From a virus (lineage: Duplodnaviria > Caudoviricetes), in IMG/VR virus record IMGVR_UViG_3300020577_004283, positions 4,987 through 68,986 of that record: DNA of 64,000 nucleotides, one strand, 5' to 3'. Of the stretch, positions 19,034-28,370 are shown one piece after another. The notes below the pieces were generated by a model. That model saw nothing but the letters and a program-made list of their open reading frames with translations. It was not told the origin of the DNA and did no database searches. Within the stretch, counting starts at the first letter, position 1. Each line of letters opens with the position of its first letter. Both the position numbers and the translations under genes were made by a program.

Positions 19034-19686
19034 TGGCAATGACGCCGACGCCTGTCCCGCAGTATCCTAACGTCCCCAAACAGCCGGGGGTGCCGCCGCT
19101 GCTGCGGTCGCCTGCGCAGGCTCCTGTGTTCAAGACTATACTCCTCGTCGCTGATGTTATCAGCATCCTGCGGCTCTTCCTAGGGCCGCAGTGGGGTATA
19201 TTCACTAGCGGGGGTGCGCCGGTAGCCATTGCCTCGTCTGTTTTGAATGTTGAGTTTCGCCGTGAAGCTCGCATTCCGACATATCCACAAGAGCAGGGAG
19301 CTTTTCAATCCTACAACAAAGTCCAAATGCCTTATGACGTGCGGGTGCGGTTCGCTGTCAGTGAGTCTTCGTCGTTTCGTTCTCAGTTTCTGCAGGCGAT
19401 TAACAGCGCCTCGTTGAGCACTGATCTCTACACTGTGGTGACTCCTGACGCCAACTACAAAAACATGAACATCGTTCATTACGACTACCGTCGTGATCAA
19501 CGTGAAGGTGTCAGTCAGCTTGTGGTCGACGTGTGGCTTCAGGAAGTTCGTGTTGCCAAGCCGACTCAGTTCAGCAACACGAAAACACCGGCGGGTGCCG
19601 CTCAAACCAACGGTGGCACTGTGCAAGGTTCGCCGAAGCCTCCGACAGTGAATGAGAACCAACCTTCTGGCTTTGGGCAAGGCTGA
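19033..19686 (+). CDS. tail/baseplate protein (tube initiator-like)
   Basis: PQWGIF...YPQEQGAFQSYNKVQMP motif; follows the tape measure gene. Confidence 0.75.
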   Translation: MAMTPTPVPQYPNVPKQPGVPPLLRSPAQAPVFKTILLVADVISILRLFLGPQWGIFTSGGAPVAIASSVLNVEFRREARIPTYPQEQGAFQSYNKVQMPYDVRVRFAVSESSSFRSQFLQAINSASLSTDLYTVVTPDANYKNMNIVHYDYRRDQREGVSQLVVDVWLQEVRVAKPTQFSNTKTPAGAAQTNGGTVQGSPKPPTVNENQPSGFGQG

Positions 19687-19988
19687 TGTTGTATATCCCA
19701 CTCCAAGCTGTCCCATCCCAGTTGGTGAATGTCACGCTTTCTGACCAGGCATGCCAGATAGCCGTTTATCAGTTGTCGACTGGAATGTTCGTCAATCTGT
19801 TTGTCAACAACGCGTTGGTTATCGGTGGGGTCATCGCTGAAGACCGCAACAGGATTGTTCGTTCAAAGTATCTTGGGTTCGTTGGTGATCTCGCGTTTGT
19901 CGACATACACGGCAAAGAAGATCCAGTCTATACCGAGATCGGAACCCGATACTTCTTGGTTTACCTAAGCCCGGAGGAATTACCATGA
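19686..19988 (+). CDS. small baseplate protein
   Basis: IPLQAVPSQ...L.DQ.C.I...GDLAFVD..G..DP.Y..G.RY.LVY motif. Confidence 0.75.
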   Translation: MLYIPLQAVPSQLVNVTLSDQACQIAVYQLSTGMFVNLFVNNALVIGGVIAEDRNRIVRSKYLGFVGDLAFVDIHGKEDPVYTEIGTRYFLVYLSPEELP

Positions 19989-20887
19989 GTGGTTCTTTTT
20001 ACGCCACTCAGCAACAACAGCCATTGCTGCGCCGTCGAATGGAGGCTATTATAGCTTTGGGCGAAGGTAGTTTCGGCAACAGTGGTTTCAACACAGTCAC
20101 CCTCCGTGGACTACAAATGTCTGCTACCGTCATCAAAGCTGGCGGAGCATCAATGGGTAGTCTGCAACTACACATTTGGGGGATGGAGCTGTCCAAGATG
20201 AACCAGCTGTCCACCCTCGGCAAGTTGCCAATGACCATACGAAACAACACCATTTCCTTGAAGGCTGGCGATGATAGCGCTGGCCTTGGTGTGGTGTTTG
20301 AGGGAACGATCGCTGAAGCCTGGACCGATTTCCAGCAAGCTCCAGACAGTGTTTTCCACATTACTGCCTACTCTGGGTTGTTGGCAGCGACACGTCCTAT
20401 CCCGCCGTTCACTGCACAAGGAAGTGCAGACGTTGCCACGATCATGTCTAGTCTTGCTTCACAGATGGGCCTGACGTTCGAAAACAATGGCGTTACTGTG
20501 AAGTTGCAGAACCCGTATTTTCCCGGGACTGCCCGTGAGCAGGCACAACGTTGTGCTGATGCAGCTGGCATTAACTGGATCATTGACAACGGGAAGTTGG
20601 CGATCTGGCCAAAAGGCAAGAACCGTGGCGAAACCAACGTGGTTGTTTCGCCCGAAACCGGCATGATTGGCTACCCGACGTTCACTTCAACAGGAGTTGT
20701 AGTCACCACCTTGTACAATCCCTCATTGGGATTTGCGTCCAAAGTTGATCTGAAAACAATCTTGAAGCCAGCTCAAGGTGTGTGGGTCATCTACAATCTG
20801 ACACACATATTGGAAGCTGAAATGCCAGGAGGATCTTGGATGACTCGCTTCGAGGCAGCCCCACCGGGTTACACCCCTGTCCGGTAG
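19985..20887 (+). CDS. baseplate hub protein
   Basis: 300 aa; GMIGYP motif; located before the spike gene. Confidence 0.75.
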   Translation: MSGSFYATQQQQPLLRRRMEAIIALGEGSFGNSGFNTVTLRGLQMSATVIKAGGASMGSLQLHIWGMELSKMNQLSTLGKLPMTIRNNTISLKAGDDSAGLGVVFEGTIAEAWTDFQQAPDSVFHITAYSGLLAATRPIPPFTAQGSADVATIMSSLASQMGLTFENNGVTVKLQNPYFPGTAREQAQRCADAAGINWIIDNGKLAIWPKGKNRGETNVVVSPETGMIGYPTFTSTGVVVTTLYNPSLGFASKVDLKTILKPAQGVWVIYNLTHILEAEMPGGSWMTRFEAAPPGYTPVR

Positions 20888-20963
20888 TGGTGTCATTGAC
20901 TCCGGCTATTTTGGCCAGGAGCAAGTTGAGAGTGCCGGCAATGATCTGAACGCGCAGGCGTTC

Positions 20964-21539
20964 TTGATCTCTCAGATGATCAACAGAATGGCAACAACGA
21001 CTGTTGTGAAAGTCGTTTCAGTCAGCAACAGTGGTGGTGTTTCTCCTGTAGGAACAGTGAACGTTCAGCCATTGGTCAATCAGATCAACGGCATCGGTGA
21101 TGGAACCCCACACGGGATCGTGTATGGGCTCCCGTATTTCAGATTACAGGGTGGTGCTGATGCAATCATCCTAGACCCGAAAGCTGGTGACATCGGGATT
21201 GCTGTGTTTTGTAGTCGAGACATATCGGGCGTCAAATCGACAAAGAAGATCTCCAATCCTGGTTCATATCGGAAGTTTGACTGGGCTGACGGTCTTTATA
21301 TCGGCGGCGTTCTGAACGGGACTCCTTCTCAGTATGTTCGTTTCGCCAGCGACGGTATCTACATTGTTTCGCCAAGCAAGGTCACTGTCACGTCACCTAC
21401 TGTCGAGATGTCTGGCAATCTTCGTGTGACTGGCTCTATCACTGCTGGCTATGGAACGGGCGGATCCGTTGGCCTTCAGTCCCACATTCACTCTGACCCA
21501 CAAGGCGGTAGTGTTGCTCCGCCCACCCCAGGAACGTAG
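20964..21539 (+). CDS. baseplate spike / assembly protein V (Gp138-like); real start probably upstream of 20964
   Basis: VNVQPLVNQ...LPYFRLQGG.DAIILDPKAGDIG...CSRDIS...DGLYIGG and C-terminal HIHS metal-binding motif. Confidence 0.85.
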   Translation: MISQMINRMATTTVVKVVSVSNSGGVSPVGTVNVQPLVNQINGIGDGTPHGIVYGLPYFRLQGGADAIILDPKAGDIGIAVFCSRDISGVKSTKKISNPGSYRKFDWADGLYIGGVLNGTPSQYVRFASDGIYIVSPSKVTVTSPTVEMSGNLRVTGSITAGYGTGGSVGLQSHIHSDPQGGSVAPPTPGT

Positions 21540-21542
21540 TTC

Positions 21543-22970
21543 ATGAGTGGCACGACGAGCGTTCCGTTTCCTGTGCTTGGTCCTCGGGGGTATATCATCC
21601 CGCCCGAGACTGAGATTTTGCTCGGTGTCCAGGCCGACCTGAACGCCGCGTTTGGTGGAACATTGAACCCTGCTCTGGAAACTCCTCAGGGCCAATGGTC
21701 GATGAGCACCACCGCGATTATCGGTGACACCAACGACCAGTTTCTCCTACTGACCAACAATGTAGACCCTGCCTACGCCAGTGGTCGCATGCAGGATGCG
21801 ATCGCTCGTATATACTTCCTGGAGCGACTGCCTGCCCAGCCGACGGTTGTCAGTGCGCTTTGCACCGGGTTGGCCGGTGTTGTGATCCCAGCAGGGTCCA
21901 GAGCCCAAGATCAAAACGGCAACATTTACGTATGTGCGTCTGGTGGAACCATCGGTTCAACAGGCACCGTGACGCTGAGCTTTGCCAATGTGGTGACGGG
22001 TCCGATCCCTTGCCCAGCGACTACTCTTGACACCATCTACCAGGTTGTCCCTGGATGGGATACCATCAGCAACCCAGCCGATGGTGTCGTTGGCCGTGTC
22101 GTTGAGTCGCGCGCCGATTTCGAGTTGCGACGCCAGCAGTCAGTGGCTGTCAACGCGCTCGGGTCCCTGACTTCAGTGTTTGGGGTCGTCGCCCAGGTGT
22201 CGGGTGTTGTCGATCTCTACGTGACCGAGAACTCGACTGGATCCCCTGTCACGCTTGACGGTGTGACTCTGCCTGCCCATTCGCTGTATGTGTGTGTTGC
22301 AGGTGGTGCCGACGCCGATGTCGCACACGCCATCTGGTCCAAGAAAGCTCCCGGATGTGCCTATGCCGGAGGCACGACTGTTGTCGTCCAGGACACGACT
22401 GGGTATTCACCCCCATATCCTTCCTACAATGTGAAGTTCCAGCGACCTACAGAGCAGCCTTTCGTCTTCACAGTTACGATAGCGAACAGTGCCCAGGTTC
22501 CGAACACTGCACAATCGGAAGTTCAACAGGCCATCCTTGATGGCTTCTCTGGTGCCGACGGTGGGCAACGGGCCAAGATCGGTGGCACAATCTACGCCAG
22601 TCGATATTACACGAACGTAGCCATTCTCGGGTCCTGGGCTAATATCATTTCAATCAAAGTTGGTTCAACCGCGACGACAGCGGCAGCATTCACAGCATCC
22701 ATTGCTGGCTCTGTCATGACCGTAACGGCTGTTGGGTCTGGCACACTCGCCGTTGGTCAAACGATCTTTGGAGCTGGTATCCCCGTTGGTGTTCGCATCA
22801 TCAGTCTCGGGACTGGTGCTGGAGGGACCGGAACCTACAATATCAACATCCCTCAAACCATTGGCAGTGAGTCCATGACTACGGTTCTGCCTGGACTTGA
22901 TAGTGTGGTTATCGGAGTTGCTCACGTTCCTGTGTTATCGGCTGACAACATTCGTTTGGTGCTGGCCTGA
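21543..22970 (+). CDS. baseplate J-like wedge protein with an inserted beta module
   Basis: LETPQGQ, SGRMQDAIARIYFLER, ESRADFELRR and LYVCVAGG motifs. Confidence 0.9.
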   Translation: MSGTTSVPFPVLGPRGYIIPPETEILLGVQADLNAAFGGTLNPALETPQGQWSMSTTAIIGDTNDQFLLLTNNVDPAYASGRMQDAIARIYFLERLPAQPTVVSALCTGLAGVVIPAGSRAQDQNGNIYVCASGGTIGSTGTVTLSFANVVTGPIPCPATTLDTIYQVVPGWDTISNPADGVVGRVVESRADFELRRQQSVAVNALGSLTSVFGVVAQVSGVVDLYVTENSTGSPVTLDGVTLPAHSLYVCVAGGADADVAHAIWSKKAPGCAYAGGTTVVVQDTTGYSPPYPSYNVKFQRPTEQPFVFTVTIANSAQVPNTAQSEVQQAILDGFSGADGGQRAKIGGTIYASRYYTNVAILGSWANIISIKVGSTATTAAAFTASIAGSVMTVTAVGSGTLAVGQTIFGAGIPVGVRIISLGTGAGGTGTYNINIPQTIGSESMTTVLPGLDSVVIGVAHVPVLSADNIRLVLA

Positions 22971-23536
22971 TGTTGAACGTTGATGAAACCATCATCTCCC
23001 AGTATTCTACTGCGCCGACTCTGGTGCAGATCATCCACAACCTCAACACGTATATCGACGCTCGCCACAACCTAGACGATTTCTACAACCAAGTCTGGAA
23101 CGTGGACACTGCGGTCGGTTGGGGTCTGGATGTTTGGGGTCGCATTGTTGGTGTCGGTCGAACACTCAGCATTGCTGTCAACAAATACTTCGGGTTCGAT
23201 GAGGCGACGAACGTCAGTGCTGACCCGTTTAATCAGTCCCCGTATTACTCAGGACAAACCACTACCCAGAACTATGTCTTGTCTGATGATGGGTTCAGGA
23301 CCCTTATCATTGCCAAGGCTTTGGCCAACATCTGCGATGGGTGCATTCCTGTTCTGAACCAGTTGTTGCTGTATCTATTCCCTGGTCGTGGAAACTGTTA
23401 CGTTGTGGATGGAAACGATATGACCATGACCTACACGTTCGAGTTTCCTTTGACACCAGTGGAGGTCGCAATCGTAACAAACTCTGGTGTTCTGCCAGTC
23501 TCAACTGGTGTTGCTGTTTCGGTGGCGGTGATCTAA
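22970..23536 (+). CDS. baseplate wedge protein (DUF2612-like)
   Basis: IISQYS.APTL, WNVDTAVGWGLDVWGRIVG and YFGF motifs. Confidence 0.85.
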   Translation: MLNVDETIISQYSTAPTLVQIIHNLNTYIDARHNLDDFYNQVWNVDTAVGWGLDVWGRIVGVGRTLSIAVNKYFGFDEATNVSADPFNQSPYYSGQTTTQNYVLSDDGFRTLIIAKALANICDGCIPVLNQLLLYLFPGRGNCYVVDGNDMTMTYTFEFPLTPVEVAIVTNSGVLPVSTGVAVSVAVI

Positions 23537-24621
23537 TGGACAACGCGACACTCCCTCCTCGGTTCCCGATCCCCTGGGCGTATGGAGCAGGTGGGGCGTA
23601 TATACGCCCGATCCCGACTAACTCTCAGATCGGTATCCAAAACGGTGCTGCGTCATTGACTGACGGGTTTCCGCCGCTGAACTTTGACCCAGTTGCAGCC
23701 GGTGGTGTCCCACCATTTGGTCAGGATATGAACGGTATCTTGAACCAAATCACCAGGTGGAACCAGCGTCAGCAGGCAGGGGCTGTTTCTCAGTGGAATA
23801 GTTCGTTCAGCACGTCCATCAGTGGATACCCAAAATACGCGACGTTGGCGTCTACGACCTACGCTGGTATTCTGTGGGTCAACCAGGCAGACAACAACAC
23901 GACTAACCCAGAAACGGGCGGTGCGAACTGGGACGCTGTTCGTGACCATGTTTACCATCCGTTGATTTGGGACACCAATCTTGTTTCCGCTGATGGCGGT
24001 TATCCGATCAACGCTGTTGTGCAATCGTCTACACGCAACCGACTTCAGTGGATCAGCACTGCGAACAGCAATACGACCAACCCCGATGCTTCGCCGGGAC
24101 CGGCCAACTGGCAGCCAGTCTACCCTGGTGCGTTTTATCCGTTGCCGTGGTCGTTGTCTCTCTCCCAGGCAGCGAATGGCTACCCGAAGAACGCGATGGT
24201 TTCATCCAATACCACTGATGGTAAGTATTGGATGTCAACTGTCAATAACAACACCACTGACCCCGATACTGGCGGCGCGGGCTGGGTTCCGTTCTATGTC
24301 TATTCTTCTTCTCTGACCGGCACTGGTTGGGCAAGAATGCCAGGTGGTATGATTATCCAGTGGGGGCAATGGTCGGGAACAACTGGTGCGTTGGATGGGA
24401 ACGGCATCGCCGAAACGGTCAATGTTGTGATCAATTTGCCTTTGACATTCCCCAATGGTGTTCTCAGTTGTGTTGTGACTGCTGATGATGTCACTGGTGC
24501 TGGTAACCAAGAGATTGCCTGGTATTGTGGAGCAATCGACACAAGTCACATTGCCGGCGGTCTCAGTTGCCGAACCGCTTTCCAGTTCATGAGTGCTCAG
24601 TTCATAGCAATAGGGTATTGA
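23536..24621 (+). CDS. tail fibre protein with three ~55-aa repeats and a C-terminal fibre tip domain
   Basis: GFPPLNF.PVAAGGVPP.GQDMNGIL N-terminus; GYP..A...W...N...P...W repeated three times; GWARMPGGMIIQWG. Confidence 0.85.
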   Translation: MDNATLPPRFPIPWAYGAGGAYIRPIPTNSQIGIQNGAASLTDGFPPLNFDPVAAGGVPPFGQDMNGILNQITRWNQRQQAGAVSQWNSSFSTSISGYPKYATLASTTYAGILWVNQADNNTTNPETGGANWDAVRDHVYHPLIWDTNLVSADGGYPINAVVQSSTRNRLQWISTANSNTTNPDASPGPANWQPVYPGAFYPLPWSLSLSQAANGYPKNAMVSSNTTDGKYWMSTVNNNTTDPDTGGAGWVPFYVYSSSLTGTGWARMPGGMIIQWGQWSGTTGALDGNGIAETVNVVINLPLTFPNGVLSCVVTADDVTGAGNQEIAWYCGAIDTSHIAGGLSCRTAFQFMSAQFIAIGY

Positions 24622-24622
24622 C

Positions 24623-25150
24623 ATGTATTACTACGCAGCCAGCACCAACGGGTTCTATCACACCGATGTCAACTTGGACATACCCATTGACGCGGTCCCG
24701 ATGAACCTGGAGGAATACAACGCCCTACTCGGCGCCCAGGCACGCGGTAAGCGTATCGTGGCCGGCCCTGAGGGGCTGCCCACGGCGATTGACCCGCCGC
24801 CCCCACCCCCGCCGACCCCCGCTTCCCTGGCGGCTGTAGCCCGACAGGAGGGGCTGCAAATTGCCTCCAAATCCGTGGTCGAACGCAACGGAAAGTATGC
24901 GGTCACGATCTCACACGTTGCTCGTGTGTCGTCCGTCGCGAGCTACATCACGATGTTCAAGTCGCTGCCGGCCACGACGACACCTGAAGGTTTTGGATTC
25001 GCTCGGATCGATGCAGACCCATTCTACACCAAGGACCCGAAGGAGTTCATGACACTGGCCGCTGCGCTGTTGGCATACTCCTCTTCCCTGGACTCAATCG
25101 AGCTGGGCGTCGGCGACGTTCTGCCTGAACCCTCCGCGACGGTGGACTGA
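24623..25150 (+). CDS. tail fibre assembly chaperone-like protein
   Basis: YYYAASTNGFY...IP.DAV...EEY.ALL.AQA.GK.I...G.P motif directly after the fibre gene. Confidence 0.75.
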   Translation: MYYYAASTNGFYHTDVNLDIPIDAVPMNLEEYNALLGAQARGKRIVAGPEGLPTAIDPPPPPPPTPASLAAVARQEGLQIASKSVVERNGKYAVTISHVARVSSVASYITMFKSLPATTTPEGFGFARIDADPFYTKDPKEFMTLAAALLAYSSSLDSIELGVGDVLPEPSATVD

Positions 25151-25153
25151 CAC

Positions 25154-25537
25154 GTGAACACGTTGCTGTTGGACCAGACGCTTTGGGATTTGTGTAAAGA
25201 CGCAGCTGGCGACATCGCCGTTGCGTCTGATCCCTACGCGATTGCCCAAGATGCAGCCTCAGCAATGAGGCTCTTCGCCGGCGAACTCTGGTACAACACG
25301 ACGAAGGGCATCCCGTATTTCGAGCAGATCCTCGGCCATTCACCCCCGGTTGGCGTTCTCAAAGGCGAGTTGATACAAGCCTCTTTGAGCGTCCCAGGGG
25401 TTGTTGGTGCGAAGGTCTTCATCTCTTCGGTGGCGGATCGAACCGTTACGGGGCAGGTTCAACTGGACACTGTTGCTGGTGTCGTGGTTGTTTCTGGTTC
25501 TTTGGATGGTTCTCCGCTTATCGTTTCAGTCACGTAG
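25154..25537 (+). CDS. baseplate wedge / sheath initiator (gp25-like)
   Basis: WDL..DAAGDIAVAS.PYAIAQD...LF.GE.WYNT..GIPYF..ILG motif. Confidence 0.8.
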   Translation: MNTLLLDQTLWDLCKDAAGDIAVASDPYAIAQDAASAMRLFAGELWYNTTKGIPYFEQILGHSPPVGVLKGELIQASLSVPGVVGAKVFISSVADRTVTGQVQLDTVAGVVVVSGSLDGSPLIVSVT

Positions 25538-25547
25538 TGGGGAATAG

Positions 25548-26027
25548 ATGTCTTCTCTGACCCGCACGGTTGTTGTTCCTACAAGCCAAGGTCAGTGGTG
25601 GTGGTCGCCACCCATCCGCTGGCCTGTGGACAACAAACAGAGAAGCCTCATCTACACCGTGGACTTCGCCAACGTTCTGGCTGATGCAGGCAACCCATAC
25701 ATCACGGCGGCTTCAGTCCAATCTTCGCCATATGGCACTGGCGAGCTGACGATCGAGAATGTTTACGTTTCCGGTTCGTCTGTCATGATGAACATTTCCG
25801 GGGGTGCGGCGGGTCGCCTCTATCGTGTTCTCGTGAACATCACTGGGTCGGATGACCAAATCTGGAGCTATGTCATACAGCTTCAATTGGGGAACGAGTC
25901 CAAGATCAGTTACTCTGCATCACCACAGTTTCCTGGGTTCAGTCCAGTGGTCATCTGGGACTTGGACGGCATGTCTTTGATCGAAAGCCAACAACTTACA
26001 AGCGGCAACATCGCGCTCGCTTTCTGA
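25548..26027 (+). CDS. hypothetical virion protein (beta-rich)
   Basis: ORF with RBS in the fibre block. Confidence 0.55.
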   Translation: MSSLTRTVVVPTSQGQWWWSPPIRWPVDNKQRSLIYTVDFANVLADAGNPYITAASVQSSPYGTGELTIENVYVSGSSVMMNISGGAAGRLYRVLVNITGSDDQIWSYVIQLQLGNESKISYSASPQFPGFSPVVIWDLDGMSLIESQQLTSGNIALAF

Positions 26028-26037
26028 GGGACCTGAA

Positions 26038-26511
26038 ATGACAGCAACCACTCTTCCGGCGCTCGATGGCAACCGCGCTCCGTTCAATGTTCGTGCAGAC
26101 CAGAACGTCGACGGTTCATACGCCATCCGATCTTCTTTGGAAGTCGGTGGTGTTGCTGTGTCGACGGCAAACCCTGTTCCAATGCGTCTCGCTGCTGTTC
26201 CTGTTTCGGCGACTCCATCGTTGGCAAGTTCGTTGATCATCAAGTCTGGTGCATGCTCCTTGTATGGGATCCAGGCACTACCGACACTCACTGGATACGT
26301 TATGTTGGTTGATGCCAACAGCGTCCAAGCCGATGGTGCGATCGCCCCGAAAAAGGTCTGGTATTTCAGTGCCAGCAACGGTGCGGCGATCGACAAACAG
26401 TTTGATCCACCCTTGCAGATGAACAATGGTGCGGTCCTGTTCTTCAGTGTAACTGGACCTTTCACGCTGACTTCCAGCAATACCGCGTTTTTGTCAGGAG
26501 AGGCGACATGA
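26038..26511 (+). CDS. hypothetical virion/fibre-associated protein
   Basis: RBS GAGG, beta-rich; ANPVP motif shared with the next genes. Confidence 0.6.
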   Translation: MTATTLPALDGNRAPFNVRADQNVDGSYAIRSSLEVGGVAVSTANPVPMRLAAVPVSATPSLASSLIIKSGACSLYGIQALPTLTGYVMLVDANSVQADGAIAPKKVWYFSASNGAAIDKQFDPPLQMNNGAVLFFSVTGPFTLTSSNTAFLSGEAT

Positions 26512-26981
26512 ATACTCGTGTGAAACGGGTCCTTTCTTGGGTTTCTTGGATGCTTCTCCCGGTGGTCGCGTTGGCCGTCCCAATGGAGTTTTCCAGCAGC
26601 AACGGGAAGACTCTCCAGGCGTATGTCTCGGGATGGGTCACGTCTGGAAACGTTGCTGTTCCTGTGTCGGTCAGCAACCCGTTACCAGTCGCCGCAGGTC
26701 AGGCCGCATACGTGGCGACACCACTACTCGTTAGCTCAGTCGGCGCCTCGTCAGTGACGATTGCAGCGGCGGGGGTGGCCGCCCACACGCTGACCGTCTG
26801 CACTGGTCCGTCGCAAGCTGGTAATCTCTGGATGAACCCGAGCGGTGGGACTGCTGTCTCTGGTTCTGGGGTCGTGGCTGCTGCCTATGGTGGATGCTTC
26901 ACGTTCTCGCCTGCACCGACCACTGCTGTCACTGGTATCAGTGACACAGGCACCATCAACATCAACGGCGCAGGGAGCTGA
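26508..26981 (+). CDS. beta-rich protein with N-terminal signal-peptide-like segment
   Basis: MNTRVKR + hydrophobic stretch + VALA. Confidence 0.6.
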   Translation: MNTRVKRVLSWVSWMLLPVVALAVPMEFSSSNGKTLQAYVSGWVTSGNVAVPVSVSNPLPVAAGQAAYVATPLLVSSVGASSVTIAAAGVAAHTLTVCTGPSQAGNLWMNPSGGTAVSGSGVVAAAYGGCFTFSPAPTTAVTGISDTGTININGAGS

Positions 26982-26984
26982 GCC

Positions 26985-27464
26985 ATGAAGAAACTGCTTG
27001 GTGGGCTCTGGCTCACACTCTTTTTGGGGATCGGTGTTGCCATTGGTGCGACATACGTTGAATATGTCACACCGACCGGGAATTTCGTTACGTCCACGGT
27101 CATTCACACTCTGAACGGTGCCGGCAAGGCTGTTCCTGTCAGCAGCACCAACCAGATCCCAGTGACCCCTGTGACGCGTGTCGCTGCATCGGCGGCTGTG
27201 GCGGGCACAACGTCTGGCACACCAAACACGTTCACCAGCGCCTTGGCATCGTCGACCACACGAAACGGTTGTCTGATCCAATACACTGGTGCGGGAGTTC
27301 TCTCAATCTTTGTTGGGGCTCCAGGGTCGGGATTGGCGACGACCTCGTTCAAGTTGACTCCGAACAGCACGTTCTCGTGCACCAGCGGTCAGGTTGTGCT
27401 GACCAACGAAATCTCTGTTGCTTCGGCGACAGCCTCTGACACATATGTGGTGGTGGCACAATGA
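26985..27464 (+). CDS. beta-rich protein with N-terminal signal-peptide-like segment
   Basis: MKK + LLGGLWLTLFLGIGV + AIGA. Confidence 0.65.
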   Translation: MKKLLGGLWLTLFLGIGVAIGATYVEYVTPTGNFVTSTVIHTLNGAGKAVPVSSTNQIPVTPVTRVAASAAVAGTTSGTPNTFTSALASSTTRNGCLIQYTGAGVLSIFVGAPGSGLATTSFKLTPNSTFSCTSGQVVLTNEISVASATASDTYVVVAQ

Positions 27465-28342
27465 ACATCCGTAAGTTCATTCTTGGGCTGGCTCTTGCAG
27501 TCAGTCTGAGTTTCTCGGGGTCGGCTCAACAGATTGCGCCGTCCGGAACCCTCGTCGAAGTGATGAAGGTATTCCAGACCCCTGGCGCATGGTCTCAAGT
27601 CCTCCCGAGTGATGTTCGGTCAGTCAACCTTGCCGCGTTGTGTGGCGCGGGTGGTGCAGGTGGCAGCGGACAAGCTTCGGCAGCCACAGCTGGTGGTGCC
27701 GGCGGCACTGCTGGTGTGTGCTACGCGAACATGCCGTTGGACGTTACGCCTGGCAGCACGTTGTCCGGCACCATCGGAACTGGTGGTGTGGCAGCGGCTG
27801 TCGGTAGTAACGGCGGAAACGGTGGTAACACAACCATCACTGGTATGCTCAATCTCATGACCTACACTGCGTGGGGTGGGTTTGGTGGTGCAGCCGGGGC
27901 GGCTGGTGTTGGTGGTGCGTCCTCTGCGTCCCCGTTCAATCTCAACGGATCTGGTGGTCCTGGTGGGGCAGCGAGTGGTGCGAGCGCATCTTTGGCCGCT
28001 GCTTGGGCCGCAACCGGTAGTGTGTGGGGAGGTTACGTCTACGACGGCGGTGTGGGCGGCGGAGGAGGTCCTACAGCCGGTGTAGCCGGTAACGGCGGGG
28101 CGTATTACCCTCTAGGTGGTCGCGCCCTGGCAGGCTCTGGTAACGGTGCTGGTGGTGGGGGCGGTTCCTCCTGGTTTGGTCGCGGCAAAGACGGGACCGC
28201 TGCTGGCGCCAACTGTGGGACACCCACCTGGAACAAAGGCTGGGGTGGCGGTGGCGGATGTGGTGGTGGCTCTAACGCCACGGGCGGTGGTGGACAGCCT
28301 GGGTTGGTTGTCCTGAAATACCGCACTATGTATCCGAACTGA
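27461..28342 (+). CDS. glycine-rich protein with signal-peptide-like N-terminus
   Basis: MNIRK + hydrophobic stretch + GSA/QQ; many GGAGG tracts. Confidence 0.7.
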   Translation: MNIRKFILGLALAVSLSFSGSAQQIAPSGTLVEVMKVFQTPGAWSQVLPSDVRSVNLAALCGAGGAGGSGQASAATAGGAGGTAGVCYANMPLDVTPGSTLSGTIGTGGVAAAVGSNGGNGGNTTITGMLNLMTYTAWGGFGGAAGAAGVGGASSASPFNLNGSGGPGGAASGASASLAAAWAATGSVWGGYVYDGGVGGGGGPTAGVAGNGGAYYPLGGRALAGSGNGAGGGGGSSWFGRGKDGTAAGANCGTPTWNKGWGGGGGCGGGSNATGGGGQPGLVVLKYRTMYPN

Positions 28343-28370
28343 TCTGATCATCTGATCTGAGGACACCAAC

